Shown here: positions 1 to 13,484 of the stretch, in pieces
Layout of the letters: the number at the start of each line of letters is the position of its first letter
How positions within the stretch are numbered: position 1 is the stretch's first letter
Source of the DNA: Eledone cirrhosa
Lineage: Eukaryota
Assembly (NCBI GenBank): GCA_964016885.1
Contig: OZ024746.1
Span: forward strand, 80,910,001-80,974,000
Reading direction: 5' to 3'
Length of the DNA: 64,000 bases
The notes under the pieces: generated by a model
Databases searched by the model: none
Seen by the model: only the letters and a program-made list of their open reading frames with translations
Told to the model about the DNA's origin: nothing
Position numbers and translations under genes: made by a program

Positions 1-1400
1 TATATCTAAATACACTGTCTTCCCCTTATCTCTCTTTCATCTCTTATTTGCACTCAACCTGTTTCTTATCATGTAATAGAAAGATATTAATTCATAAGAT
101 GTTTGAAGTAGCTAGGACACCCCAAACAACTAATATAAATATCATTCTGTTAGCAGTGACAGATTTAGGCTTAAGCTAAATAAGCTACAGTATGTGTATC
201 ACAATTTGTAGAAGCCTTAAAATAATTAAAATGTATGGATATGCTTTCAATTTTTGTGAAATCTTCTCATGTGATTTTTTAACAAGAGGCCTCTGAAATT
301 TACATAAGCTTAGATTCTCACCAAATTTAAAGCCAGCACTGCTTTTGCATATATCAAGTGGTAAGTTAGTAGACTTAATCATTTAATCAACACTTTCAAT
401 TGATTATAAATTCAAAGTGCTGCAATCTATTAATCTATTCAACCACTTGTATCTCATTTACATTTTACTTGAATCAGTGACAAATGTTTTGTAACCAGAT
501 CAATAATACAAACTGTTTGATCAAAGTATTTTATGACTCTTTGAAAGAAAACTAGTTGAAAGAGTTGTGTGAACAGAGATAAATTATACTGTGTCAAAAT
601 ACATTTGAAAATTGTGTGTGATGCCTAATGTTGAGTTCTTTAAATTCATTAAAATATGTTTTCCAGACAACATTGGTTAATATATGTGTGTGTGTTTGTG
701 ATGAAGTAAGATATTGAATGAGATGTGAAATGTTAGTTAGTGAATGCTAATCAAGATGAACACATGCATTCATATGCACACATACACATACGTGTGCATC
801 ATTTAAAAAAAAAATTGATTTTCACTAGATTAAGACAAAAGCCTGTACATATTTATTTCATTTCCAAATCTATTAGCAAAGCAGTTGATTGGCAAAGTTG
901 TTAAAATACTGGATAAGATGCACTGCAATATATACTTCAGCACTCTCTACTCTGAGTTCAAGTCATGTAGAGGTTTATTTTGACTTTCATTTTTTCAAGG
1001 AGTCAACAATGAAAATACCAGCCTATTGCTGGTGCATCTTAAATTCCCTCTAGCTGTCACATTCTAGATGTTCCACTCGATCAACTTTGGGAAAATTTGA
1101 CTCTACAGACACACTGCCAAGTCATGTTGGAGAATTATATTTAGTTGTAGGCCTTAAATGGCTTTTCCTAAAGATCAAACAACTTGCTAAAGACATGAAA
1201 GTGTCCCTCACCATTATTTATTTCTTAATAATGCTATGTAATAATAACTATAACAGAACTTTTCAAATAATTACACATCTTAAAATTCAAGGCTGGTTAA
1301 CTTTGATAGAGCAAAATAAAAAATCTGAAGTAATCAGCGATGAAGTATCGCAAAAAATTAATCCATGATATATATATTTAGAGAGAGAGAGAGAGAGAGT

Positions 1401-1440
<40 letters not shown>

Positions 1441-1809
1441 TGTTTGATCAATTTCAGAAATGAGAAATCTTTGCATTGTAAATCTTTGCCTTTCATGAAG
1501 AAGAAAGTGAGAAATTTGTAATGTTGCTTTGGTTAAAGGCAAATAAAAATAAAGTAATAGGAGCCAAACCTAACCTCCTTCAAAATGACACAAATGGCAT
1601 TGTTGTCAGAGGTACACTAAAATCTGGAATCTGAGAACTCTGACAACCCCAGCAACAATATCACTTTCTCCCCACTCCCGTTCTCACTCCCAAACAAAGG
1701 GCAAGTGTACAAAATTAGATTCTACATTTCTCATGACAGCTGAACTTATCAATTTCTTCTAAGAATTATTCTAGTAAATTTGATGACAAATCTAATTTTA
1801 GAATTATTT

Positions 1810-1950
1810 CTAGTTCAAATCACACCAAAGATAACTTTGCCTTTCATCCTTCCATGGTAGGTAAAATAAAGTACCAGTCAAGTATTGTGGTCAATATAAT
1901 TGACTTCCTCCTCTCTCTAAATTGCTAGCCTTGTGCCTAAATTAGAAACC
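1810..1950 (+). mobile_element. Old Deu/Nin-type SINE (other decayed copies ~885-1022, 4510-4635, 5085-5235, 12715-12860, 36470-36600, 45390-45630, 49405-49645, 54055-54165)
   Basis: Degenerate GTTCAAATC..ACTTTGCCTTTCATCCTT..TAAAATAAAGTACCAG core. Confidence 0.7.
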
Positions 1951-3679
1951 ATATTTGTTAAGACTCAATTTATAGCTATTTGGATATCAATAACTGTTTC
2001 ATCATTGCTTTTATGTCCACTTTTCCATGTTGGCATGAGCTGGACAGGACATTTTTGAGGCAGTGTTTTATGGCTTGATGTTGGCTATTTAAGCACATTT
2101 TATAGAAAAAATAGATGAAATATGGAGGAAAGCATAAAAAAAGGAATTACATCTCTCTCTTGCTCTCTGTTTCTTTTTCTTTTATGATCTCCCATGTAAT
2201 ATCTTTAAATATGCTTCAAAACTAATGTGTGTTAGATGTGCAGACATATGTGTAAAATATTTCCTTATTCTCTTGAGAGTGTAGGAGTCTGTGGAAGGGA
2301 AGCCATGTAAAGAAGCCCTACCCTCAAAATTGCATACCAAACTCACAGCTGTCAGCCACAATATTAGAGCAATGAATGAAATTCTTCCTAGCTTATAAAA
2401 TCCATTTTAAGCAGTAAACCCCCACAAATAGATACTCATAACTACAGTTTTATTTGATAGTTTATAGTTGTCAAGGAGTGGCTCCAGTATTTAATTTACA
2501 TAGTGCCAAAGAAAGGTGATAACATACTGACTGATTAGAATAGCTGTAAAAATATGTAAAATTGCAATGCTACTACTAATCTGGATTTATTTTAGGATAA
2601 TCCCTGGAGAAATTATCAATTATGTTAATAGGGTTTATCTTTTGAAACAGGATGCAACAGCTATAATGGATAACCTTTTAATTTTAGTTTCAGTAGAAGT
2701 CACATCCTTTCTGTTCAATTAAATTCAGCTGAAGAAATAGGCCTATTTATATATAAGATATAATGCAGTGTTTCTTAAATTCACAAACTTTTTAAGACTA
2801 CCACCCCCATATAGAGAATATGTCATCAGCGCTTCCTGAAAAGTCGGTCAAGAAATGATACATAGAAAATAACATTTTGATAATTTTTTGTTGCCAAAAA
2901 TATAATTGTACAAAAGTATCTGAAATTACTTGATTTATTAATGTGAAGGATAGGCTTGATGAGAGTAACTTTTTCCACATCCTGCTGAATATTAAATCAT
3001 CCCATTTGACAAGTTGCATTCAGTTTCTCTCTCTTGTCAAAAGGTTCATAATAGCACTAAAGCCATGTTTAACTAGATAAGATGATGGAAACACAACTAG
3101 GAACTTCTTCACAATGGTCATAATCCAGGATGAAAATTTGTAATTTGGTGCTCTAATAAAAGATATGAGTATCCATTTAGCCAATTCTTATGATTGAATT
3201 TCTCTTTCCTCAATACTTGAAGATGAGCCTAAAATCTAATCTAGAATCTTCATAGTGAGAATATATTCAAATTGTTCAGAGAAGTCCTAATGTAATGCTT
3301 TCAAATGATGATAGTAGACCTGAATGGCATCACCATGTTTTTCTGTTTTTTCTCATAGTGCAGAAAGCCTTGGAAATTGAGAAATTTCTCCATGTTCCAA
3401 ATTACATTCAAACAGAGTAAACTTTGAAACTAATACATATATAACAGTTTTGTTTTAATCAAATTCAGTTCATCTACTTGCAGTAGGAAATTCATTTAAT
3501 CAAGCTTGATATATAAAGCTGATATACAAGCCATGTCACAATTCAACCTCTTCAAGCTGGTTCACATAAAAACAACTGCCACAGCTGTTTAAAAAAGACT
3601 GCTATTCAAACTTAAAAGCCATATTCATAGAAAAATATTACTTTCAAATCAAACAAAACATTGCAAAAACATCCCCAGT

Positions 3680-3842
3680 TGAGCCAGTGGGGAGGAAGGA
3701 CTCCATGTGGTCACTCAACCTGATAACTTGCCATCTTAAAGAAGAACACATTCTGTGAAAAAGACAGAACAGATGCAACTGAAATGCCCTTCATCATAAG
3801 TCTGTTCAATCAGAGTTCACTAAAGCATAAACAACAATAAAC
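3680..3842 (+). repeat. Dispersed repeat ending in (CAA)n (related ~16855-17045, 17130-17215, 49025-49170, 57775-58177)
   Basis: Shared ATGTGGTCACTCAAC ... CATAAGTCTG(T)TCAATCA..CTAAACAACAAC; probable retroposon 3' end. Confidence 0.5.
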
Positions 3843-5243
3843 ACTGCAGCATCTGAGAGTTAAAATGCACAAAATATTTGGCTATTTGTTCAGAAAACAA
3901 AATTCTTTATGATTTTTTATTTATTGCTCTCAACCTTTTGAATGTCATATATCTTTATCTCTAGATAAGCAACTGAATTTCAATATCTTTTAAGGTTACT
4001 TGATTACTACTCTCATGTTTCACTTAGACAATCTAAATTATGTTATATACCTAATTTATGCTAAAGATATGACAACCTCCCTAGTGTTGGTGATCTACAT
4101 GATAAATGCATCCAGTACATTCTGTAATATGGTTAGTGATAGGAAGATATCCAGCCATAGAAAACCTGCCAAACAAGGGTTGGGAGGACACTTCAGCTGT
4201 GTCAAAGACAAGGCAGCATTCCTAGTGTTGGTGCTATGGCAAAATGTACTTTGTAGAGAGTGGGTACATATGTAAGTGAGATGCTTGGTCCCTGGCCCAT
4301 CTGATGACTAGGTAGAGTGGAGGAACATATATAAACAAGATGCAGGCCGACTGTTCATTTGTGAGTTCACTAGTTCCACTTGAGTACTGACTTGGTTTGT
4401 AAAGGCCCAATCAAACCTTGCTAGCAGGGAAGATGGACATTAAATGATGATGGTGACCTAAAATTTCTGAAAAAGGTTACTTTAGTTCTTTTTAAGGCTG
4501 ATAATAGCACTGAATTTGTAAGTTCAACAAAATGCTTTGCCGTATTTATTCTGACTTCTTGCATTCTGTGTTCAAACCCTGCTGAGTCAACTTTGCCTTT
4601 TGTCCTTCCATAGTCGATAACTAATGTACCTGAATAAGGTGGTGGACAGGTGGAATGATTAAAGCATTGAAAAATAACAGTGTTCTTCAAACAAAATCTT
4701 TAGCATCAAATTACAGATACACTCTCGTTAATGTCAGATAAAATAATTTGTGGTGTTTGTTGCAGTCCTTTGTGTTCTGAATTCTAATCTTATCAAGGCC
4801 TACTTGAGTAGTAAACTTAATCTGTCACCTGGTTTAGCATTACCATATGGTCTTTGTGTGCTTTTAACAGAGTCCACTGTTGCAATCATTCAGGACTGGT
4901 CTCTATCTTGAGGTTACCTTCTTCTCTTCTATGTCCAATGACCTCCATTTTGACCATGTAATAAAAAAGAAACTCTCACCATTAGAAATACAAAGAACCA
5001 GTGATTGATCCTTTGGATCAATGAGGCTATTGTCCACATATTGCGATATATGATAACTAAATAAGTAATAATCTAGCCACTATATGGCGAATTGGCAGTC
5101 ATAAGAATGTCAAATAGATTTACTTCATAGTATTCATTCTGGTTTGCTGTATTCTGAGTTCAAAACCTACTAAGATTAACTTTGCCTTTCATCCTTTTGA
5201 GATTGATATAAAAGTACTATTGCATTACTGAGGCAGATACTTT

Positions 5244-5470
5244 CCCTATATCTTTTTCGTACTTTCTCTCCCTATATCTTTTTCGTACTTTCTCTCTCTA
5301 TATCTTTTTCGTACTTTCTCTCCCTATATCTTTTTCGTACTTTCTCTCCCTATATCTTTTTCGTACTTTCTCTCCCTATATCTTTTTCGTACTTTCTCTC
5401 CCTATATCTTTTTCGTACTTTCTCTCCCTATATCTTTTTCGTACTTTCTCTCTCTATATCTTTTTTATAC
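5244..5470. repeat. 26 bp minisatellite, ~8.7 copies
   Basis: Unit CCCTATATCTTTTTCGTACTTTCTCT. Confidence 0.95.
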
Positions 5471-5869
5471 TTTCGTACTATCTCGTTCTCTCTCTCTCTC
5501 TCCTTCACTGGAAGAAATTGGCTGCATTCAGATCTGGAGAGGAGATGGATTCCATTAGGTTTAAAATGCTCAACACATGCTGTATGATACTATGGCACTC
5601 CAACAACACCACCAGGAGTTACGGGTCCACACATACCTATATTTAGTCCCTAATGGAGTTTCCAAATATGGTCATTTGCATTCACACATCCATGCATCCA
5701 TGTAAACAACTAACCACCTAGCCATCAACCCTTTAGTTGTTTAAACATAAATCTCAACAAATAGAAATTAAGTTATTTTATGTTATATATTAATAACTTG
5801 TACTTTTACTGCCATTTTATCAGTACATCATTGTTTTTTATTCATATTCTTTAATTTCTAATCTATTCT

Positions 5870-6128
5870 AAAATGCACCCAGTACATGTAGCAGGTACAT
5901 TGTTGATGCCACAATAAAATGTACCTAGTAGACTGTAAAGTGGAAGTGGTGGTACCATGATAAAATGGATCCAGTACACTCTGAGAAAGCAATTGCATTA
6001 GGAAGAACACCCAGTTGTAGAAATTAAGCCCAAAATGGAATATACAAACAGTCTTGACCAGTCTTTTCTCAGACTATGATGACCTGTCCAACCCACATAA
6101 GGATGGAAAGTGGACATTAGATGATGAT
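5870..6128 (+). mobile_element. Decayed RTE-type 3' UTR (similar remnants at ~4095-4455, 31440-31670, 34085-34310, 35170-35420, 46290-46400, 51700-51930, 54610-54930)
   Basis: Degenerate GGTGCCATGATAAAATGCACCCAGTACAC repeats, TTAGGAAG(GG)CATCCAG motif, GGAAAGTGGACATTA plus (GAT)n end. Confidence 0.6.
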
Positions 6129-6258
6129 AATTGTTTTTACTTTTGGCACAAGGCCAGCAATTACCCAGTACATTACTGGTACTTTATTTTATCGACCCTG
6201 TAGGATGAAAGGCAAAATTAACCTCGGCGGGATTTGAACTCAGACTGTAAAGGGACAT
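6128..6258 (-). mobile_element. Deu/Nin-type SINE, 5'-truncated
   Basis: Near-identical to 6911-7040; inserted at the (GAT)n tail of an RTE remnant. Confidence 0.85.
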
Positions 6259-6910
6259 GAGATGATGATAATGATGATAATACTGTTGTTGCTGATGGTG
6301 GTGGTATAGTGGTGTTGGTGATGGTTCAGCCACATATTCACACATCCATGCATCTGTGTAAACTTTTTAATAATATAGCTATCAACCCTTTGTTTATACA
6401 AGAGAAAAATACAACAAATAGAATTCAAATTCTCACAAAGAAAGTTATTTTATGTTTTATATTATTCAGTTATTTATTAATGGCATATGAATAAACTATT
6501 TTTATTTTTCTTACAATCTTTAATTTTTATTCTTGCTATAATTGAATATTATGAAATCAGTAAACAGGAATAGGAAGTAAATCTCCCCTTAAGAGAGAGA
6601 GAGAGAGAGAGAGATATCACTATAAAAATTTTCTTGAGTTTTATTTTAGTTAAATATATTATAATACCAGCTTTTAAGCAATAAACTCCATAATCTTGTT
6701 ATCAGCTGTTAAACAAAATTGAATATTATGCCACAACATTATTAATTTCGGACTGGTTTAATACAACAACAATAATAATAATAATAATTATCATTATTTT
6801 TTTATAATAATAATATTTGGATAATGTTTTTGAAATATTTGAGAAATATTCAAACATTTTTATGAGCTTTTCTACTTATTTCAAAGAAACTATGAGCAAG
6901 TAAACATACA

Positions 6911-7104
6911 ATAATAATTGTTTCTACTTTTGGCACAAGGCCAGCAATTATTCAGTGTATTACTGGTACTTTATTTTATCGACCCTGTAAGGATGAAAGG
7001 CAAAGTTAACCTCGGCGGGATTTGAACTCAGAATGGAAAGGGCCGCAACTCTTTGCATCAAAGCATGGCATCCGACCCTCTATCGATACTGCCAATCCAC
7101 CGCC
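6911..7104 (-). mobile_element. tRNA-derived SINE with Deu/Nin-like central domain, full length with TSD
   Basis: A box TGGCAGTATCG, B box GAGTTCAAATCC, core GCCTTTCATCCTTACAGGGTCGATAAAATAAAGTACCAG, (TTA)n tail; flanking direct repeat CATACAATAATAAT. Confidence 0.9.
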
Positions 7105-8217
7105 ATACAATAATAATGGTGTTGATGTTGATGGTGTTGGTGATGATGAAGCTCATTTGAAATTGTTTGTAATGAAACTTGTCATCTTAAATTGTCTGGA
7201 TTAGTTTATATATATTATATTTATTTTTAATGATTTTTTTTTTCAAAACATTTCTTATAGCTTACATTATAGAATTTGAAAAAGAATCTGAACAGTTTTA
7301 TCTCTGTTTTATAATAATAGTATATTCTTTTCTTATTAATATAGGTGATTTCCTATTATTCTTATGTTAACCTGGATTCCACTTGGAAAAACATAATATT
7401 CTTGTTTACATTATTCCCTTTTCATGTAAATCACAATCTTATATATTATAATTTTATACTTTATATTAAACATATTTGCATTTTAACCTTGATAACTCCT
7501 TTCTAATACACTACATTACAACAACAATAACTGCAACAGCAACAACTACATCAATAAAAACAGCAGGGGCTATAATAGCAACAACAACAACAACAATATA
7601 AATAACATCACTTATAACAGCAACTACAGCAGTTTCAGCTGCTGCAACAACAATGACAGTAACTACATCAACAACAACAACTGTAGCAGCTACACCAACA
7701 ATAAAAACAACAGCAGCAGCTACACCATTAATCCACCTTAGACAAAGAAATAGAAGAAAAATGCACAAACTTAGACACACACACACACACACACACACAA
7801 TCACGATACACACTAATGCACAGTTCATAGCTTGCAGATGCTTTAAGTAAGTATGCATGTGTATATGCTTGTGTATATGCTTGTGTATATGCACATTAAT
7901 GTGTGTGTATGTGTACATACAACTGTGCATATTTGTGCATAATGTGTGTGTATGTATGCATGCATATGTATATATGTGTGCATGCATGTTTGTGCATATG
8001 CATGCATACAATTATTAGATTTGATTTTCAATATGTTGCAATATATGAACTATATTATTAGCTCAATTTAGGATAGCAGACATATAGCTGTAAGGATGCG
8101 CAGCAAGTATCACTTTTGAAATGTCTTTAGACTTGAGTGCACTAATTCACAAAATATCTGGTAAAATACTATTGATTGCAAAGAAGTGCTAAAAAAGGGG
8201 GAAAATATAGTTGAATA

Positions 8218-8806
8218 TCATCATCATCATCATCATCATCATCGTTTAACGTCCATCTTCCACGCTTGCATGGGTTTGGACGGGAGTTTTCCCCACTTGA
8301 GGCAAGATTGGTTTTCCTGCTCGTATAGGGCTGTCTGGCAGGTTTTCTATGGCTGGATGCCCTTCCTAACACCAACCACGTTTACAGTGTGAACTGGGAG
8401 GGTTTTACCGTGTTACCTACATGGCCACATTACAGCGTGGACTGTGTGTTTTTTTGTCGTGACACCTACACGTCTGGCGGGTTTTCTATGGCTGGGTGCC
8501 CTTCCCAACACCAACCACGTTTACAGTGTGAACTGGGAGGGTTTTTGCTGTGTTACCTACATGGCCACATTACAGCGTGGACTGTGTGTTTTTTTTTTTG
8601 TGACACCTACACGACCTTATTTGTTTCGGACTGGATGTTGTGGTACCAACATAACTTTACATTTAAGGGGGTGGTGTGGATGGGGTGGGGGTAGTGGGAC
8701 GGGGGTGTATTTTGTTAGAGGTGCCTACTGACTGTAGGTTTCGCTTTGTACTTAGACAAGGCGGGTCTTCTGTATAACTGTGTAGCGCCAAAGATCTTGG
8801 TCCAGT

Positions 8807-8808
<2 letters not shown>
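8218..8808 (-). mobile_element. 5'-truncated RTE LINE (second family): last ~18 codons, 3' UTR with internal ~139 bp tandem duplication, (GAT)n tail
   Basis: Minus strand encodes LDQDLWRYTVIQKTRLV*, similar to HDRDFWRHAVIQGTR of the 62.6 kb ORF. 8334-8472 is duplicated at 8473-8612. AGGAAGGGCATCCAGCC motif present; tail (CAT)n on +. Confidence 0.85.
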
Positions 8809-8847
<39 letters not shown>

Positions 8848-8850
<3 letters not shown>

Positions 8851-9105
8851 GGATTCAATACCCTGACAGCTGAGCTCCTGCCATTTCAACAGCTAGATCT
8901 GAACTCAATCGATGGTGTTCTGGTGGCAAAAATTGCTGATGAAAATAGCCATCAGAACACCAGCAGTTCAGATCTAGCTGTTGAAAGGGCAGGAGTTCAG
9001 CCGTCAGGTTCCTGAACCCATCATATTACCCCCTCTAGTTGCCCAAATATCGAGTACTCTGGTGAGTAATGGTCTAACTGGTTTTTACTGCATCCATTCT
9101 GATTT
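8848..9105 (+). mobile_element. (TA)n-embedded fold-back element, probable Penelope-like pLTR remnant
   Basis: Inverted arms 8861-8927 / 8948-9008; 3' tail homologous to 33611-33692; flanked by (TA)n. Confidence 0.55.
8931..9010 (+). ncRNA. Candidate type I hammerhead ribozyme, partly decayed
   Basis: CTGATGA (8936-8942), stem II AATAGC/GCTGTT, GAAA (8983-8986), stem III A(G)GGC/GCCGT, cleavage triplet GTC (9003-9005); stem I is weak. Confidence 0.4.
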
Positions 9106-9507
9106 ATATATATATAGACATGGATTCTGTAAGTCATAGTGAAGGCAATCTGAAAAGGAGAGCAGTCACTCTGAATAAAATCTGATACAAGGTACAGAAG
9201 ATCTTTAAGCCCTGATAGATAACCTCTCTTTTCTGGATAAGATGACAAAATGCATTCAATACACATTATAAAGAATGGAATCCAGTCAGAGAAACCCTCC
9301 CCAAAATTATGAAAATCACACACATGCACACACGCACACATGCAGCAGGGAAAAGCGGACGTAAAATGATGATGATGTGGATGATGTTACTGAATACAGT
9401 TGCTTACTAGCTGAGATTTCAAAGCTTGCGCTTGTATTGACCATAAAGGTATCTGTAGATAACATAGAGTGCTATTCTTCCTTCATCCAGTCTATGGAAA
9501 GCCTTGA

Positions 9508-9545
<38 letters not shown>

Positions 9546-9738
9546 TGTCTAGTAGCAGATGAATGTGTGGAAAGATTGTGAATTTGGACTGTGTTTAATA
9601 GTACAACAGATAAATGGCGAGAGAGAGAGATGTATAAGAAACAAGCAAAAGATAGAAAAAGCTTAGAAAAGAGGAGGAATAGGGAAAATGAGGAAGAAAA
9701 ATCAAAGTATATGTACAGACACACACAACACACACACT

Positions 9739-9778
<40 letters not shown>

Positions 9779-9879
9779 TACATAGAAATATATGTATACA
9801 TAGATATATACATATACATACACATTATATATATATATATGTAAATGTAAGTGTGCACACGTACACACACACACACACG

Positions 9880-9926
<47 letters not shown>

Positions 9927-10701
9927 GTAAGTGTGTCCACGTACACACATATATATATACACACATATACATACATACACATTAAAATAATGTTCGATTC
10001 GTTTGTATATATGAACTGGGTGAAGATGAGTGAAGTAAGAGAGTCTTCAGAAAAAAGCAGGAAGAGAAGATAGAGAGGATATTGGGGGTGGGATGGGTAG
10101 AGTGGGTGTAAAGGAAAAGAGAAAATAAATCAGATATGGAGAAAATCCATATAAAAAAAAAAAAAAGCAAAACGAAAAGCAAAACAAAAGCAAAAAAAAA
10201 AAAAAAGAAAAGAAAACTAGAGAAATGAGAATATGTCTAAATGATTGTTTTGAATCAATACCTGGAAAACGTCATCAAATTTACAGTTTACCAATGCTGT
10301 GATTGGAAGAAAGATTGGCTAGGATGGATAAGTTAGATATTATCGCAGTTTGTCAGCAGAAAGTAGCAAACATTCACTCCGGATGTAGGAATATGGATGT
10401 AATCAATAAGGGTGTACTTTCAGAGGAGCGTTGATAGAAAATTAGGGCAAAAAAGAACAAAAAAATAAATAAATAAAAGTAAAATAATAATAATAAATAA
10501 ATATATTTATGAGGAAGTTAAAACATGTATTGAGTGTTTTGACTATAAAAAAATTGTCTGAACAATAGGGTAGATAGAATAATGAAAAAAAAAAATGGAC
10601 ATTAGCACCTGCAAGACATGAATCCACACTTTCAGGGTTTCCAGGCAGAAATGCTATCATTACAAGAAAGTGCTTGTCACATTTTCTTCCATTGTCAGAC
10701 A

Positions 10702-10855
10702 CCATACTTTGCAGTATAGAGTTATGGCCCTTTACGTTCTGAGTTCAAAACTGCTGAGGTTAACTTTGCCTTTCATCCTTACTGGGTCGATAAAATAAAG
10801 CACCAGTAATGCACTGGGGCGATTGCTGGCCTTGTGCCAAAAGTAGAAGCAATTG
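10702..10855 (+). mobile_element. Deu/Nin-type SINE, 5'-truncated
   Basis: Same core and 3' end GGCCTTGTGCCAAAAGTAGAAGCAATT. Confidence 0.85.
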
Positions 10856-11255
10856 TTTTTAAAGGTATAGATAAACAAATCAATATGTTTAGAAATGATG
10901 AGCAAAATTTGAAATTTTGAGAGAAAGCTTGAAGATTCATCAAATTTTTTTGACTATTGAAAAATATTCTAAATAATACGGCATATCAAACCCCTTAATG
11001 GGGGAAAAAAATGGACATTAGTATCTTCAAAATGAATAAATAAATATTCAGAATCATATATTTAACTTTGCTGTGATCCCAGGTTTAATTCATGTGTATC
11101 ATGGTTTTAATCCTTGTTTATCTCAGTTTAAAAAAAATAGTAATTGCAGCTACTGTCATGGTTATGATGATACATCTCCTCCTCCTCCGCCTCCTCCTCC
11201 ACCACCACCTCATCTTCCTCCTCCTCCTACTACTACTACTACTACTACTACTAGT

Positions 11256-11858
11256 AGTTTCTATTCATGGCACAAGGCAAGTAATTTGAAGAGAAGGGGA
11301 AAGTTGACTAAATCGGCCCCAGTGCATTACTGGTGCTTTATTTTATCGACATCGTAAGGATGAAAGGCAAAGCTAACCTTGGTGGGATTTGAACTCAGAA
11401 CGTAAAGGGTCATAACTCTATGCCGCAAAGCATATTGTCCAACATTCTACCAATATTGCCAATCCACCACCTTAATAATAATAATAATTGTTTCTACTTT
11501 TGGCACAAGGCCAGCAATTAGCCCAGTGTATTACTGGTACTTTATTTAATCGACCCCGTAAGGATGAAAGGCAAAGTTAACCTCGGCGGGATTTGAACTC
11601 AGAATGGCAAGGGCCGTAACTCTATGTTTGGCGTCCGACCCTCTACCGATACTGCCAATCCACTAATAATAATAATTGTTTCTACTTTAGGCACAAGGCC
11701 AGCAATTATCCCAGTGTATTACTGGTACTTTATTTTATCGACCCCGTAAGGATGAAAGGCAAAGTCAACCTCGGCGGGATTTGAACTCAGATCGTAAAGG
11801 GACGTAACTATGCTGGAAAGCATGGCGTCCGACCCTCTACCAATACTGCCAATCCACC
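11256..11858 (-). mobile_element. Tandem array of 3 Deu/Nin-type SINEs
   Basis: Copies ~11256-11472 (long variant), 11475-11662 and 11664-11858, head-to-tail, separated by (AAT)n. Confidence 0.9.
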
Positions 11859-12431
11859 AATGCTTAGAAACATTTCTATGAACATCAATAATAATATCAT
11901 ATTACTTTGATTATAAAGTGTTATTTCTGATATAAGATTGTGGAGGAGAAGAGAGGGAGTGGAGGGAGAGTGTAAAAGAAAGTGAGAGAGAGAGCAGATG
12001 ATATCTTCAACCATCATTTATGTAATGATGATAGATGGAAAGTAATGACATATGTCTGTTTAGTTTGTTTTCTCTCTTTCTGATTCATTGGCAAGAATTC
12101 TTTACTTGCTTAGTTGTCAGGATCTATGAAGCAACTCTATTTTGTTTGACCAGGATATAACAAACCTTATCACTGCTGTTGAAAGCAAATCTGAAAATTT
12201 CTCTGGTTCAATTTTCTATATGTTGTAGTTATGGCTTCTACCTGTGTAAGTAAATTTTGTTGGTTTTGTATGAAATAGCATCTCATAGAAAGTTTCTTGG
12301 TTGTTTTAATGACAGGGACTCCAGTCTTAGTATGTCCCCATTTTCTGGGGGACAGGAGATGGAACTTGAACTCAGAATGCATAGAGCTGGAATTGATAAT
12401 AATTCTGCCAATCTGCTACCCTTCTAAAATC

Positions 12432-12710
12432 TAAAGTCTGTCTGAAGCCCGAAGGCTCAACAGGCCAGGGCTTATCCCAGTTTCCATGGCAATAGGTGAT
12501 TGAGAGTCCAAGCTCCCCACTGGACAGGATGCCAGTCCATCGCAGGGTTAAACACCCAGCTATTGCTGGTACAAATTTTCAGCTGATTATACAGGAACAA
12601 TATGAAATGAAGTATTTTGCTCAACAATGCAAAGCCTAGTCCAGGAATCAAACCCATGACATTATGATTGTAAGTCCAACACCCTTACCACTAGGCCACT
12701 GCCTCCATGT
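12432..12710 (-). mobile_element. tRNA/CORE-type SINE with a V/Meta-like domain
   Basis: Minus strand: A box TGGCCTAGTGG, B box GGTTTGATTCC, CORE-like region, AACCCTGCGATGGACTGGCATCCTGTCCAG, tail ..CAGACTTT. Confidence 0.7.
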
Positions 12711-12947
12711 GCCTATGACTGATACTATATTTATTGACCCCCCCCCCCTTCCCTGAAAGGACAAAGGCAAAGTTGACAGCAGGATTTAAATATCAAGTGT
12801 AGAGAGAAGGAACAAACACTGCAAGGTATTTAATCTGATGTTCTACCAAGTTTGCCACCTCCATCTTTGTATATGCTATTTTAGGCAAAATAGAGAAAAC
12901 AAACAAGCAAAAAAAAAAGAGAACGAAAAAGAAAGTCTTTTATATAG

Positions 12948-12993
12948 CAAGCAGGGAAAAGCGGACGTAAAATGATGATGATGATGATGATGA
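12948..12993 (+). mobile_element. Extreme 5'-truncated RTE/SINE tail (also ~9343-9385 and ~53460-53508)
   Basis: GCAAGCAGGGAAAAGCGGACGTAAAATGATGATG, matching the 3' end of the SINE at 30232-30570. Confidence 0.75.
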
Positions 12994-13310
12994 TTTGCTA
13001 TAAAGCTGTAACAGCCATCAAGAATATAAGCATAATAGTATTTATATTATACTATATTATATGTATTATATATAATACATATATTATAGCATATAAACAC
13101 ACATACACACACACATACATACACACACACACATACATACACACACATATATATATATATATATACACACACATCTATATATATATATATGTACTAACAA
13201 TATGAACTTAACAAGTTGTAGCTCTAGTTTTCTGCATGCAAATGTGAAAAAAACTGAGCCACCAGCTGCTATTAGATTGGAATTCTAATGCATAGATATG
13301 CACACCATTT

Positions 13311-13484
<174 letters not shown>

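Noticed and set aside
6911-7104. tRNA gene
   Set aside because: A/B boxes belong to SINE heads; no full cloverleaf is evident.
7511-8011. 166 aa Val/Ala-rich membrane-like ORF
   Set aside because: Derived from cryptic (ACA/GCA)n and (TG)n repeats.
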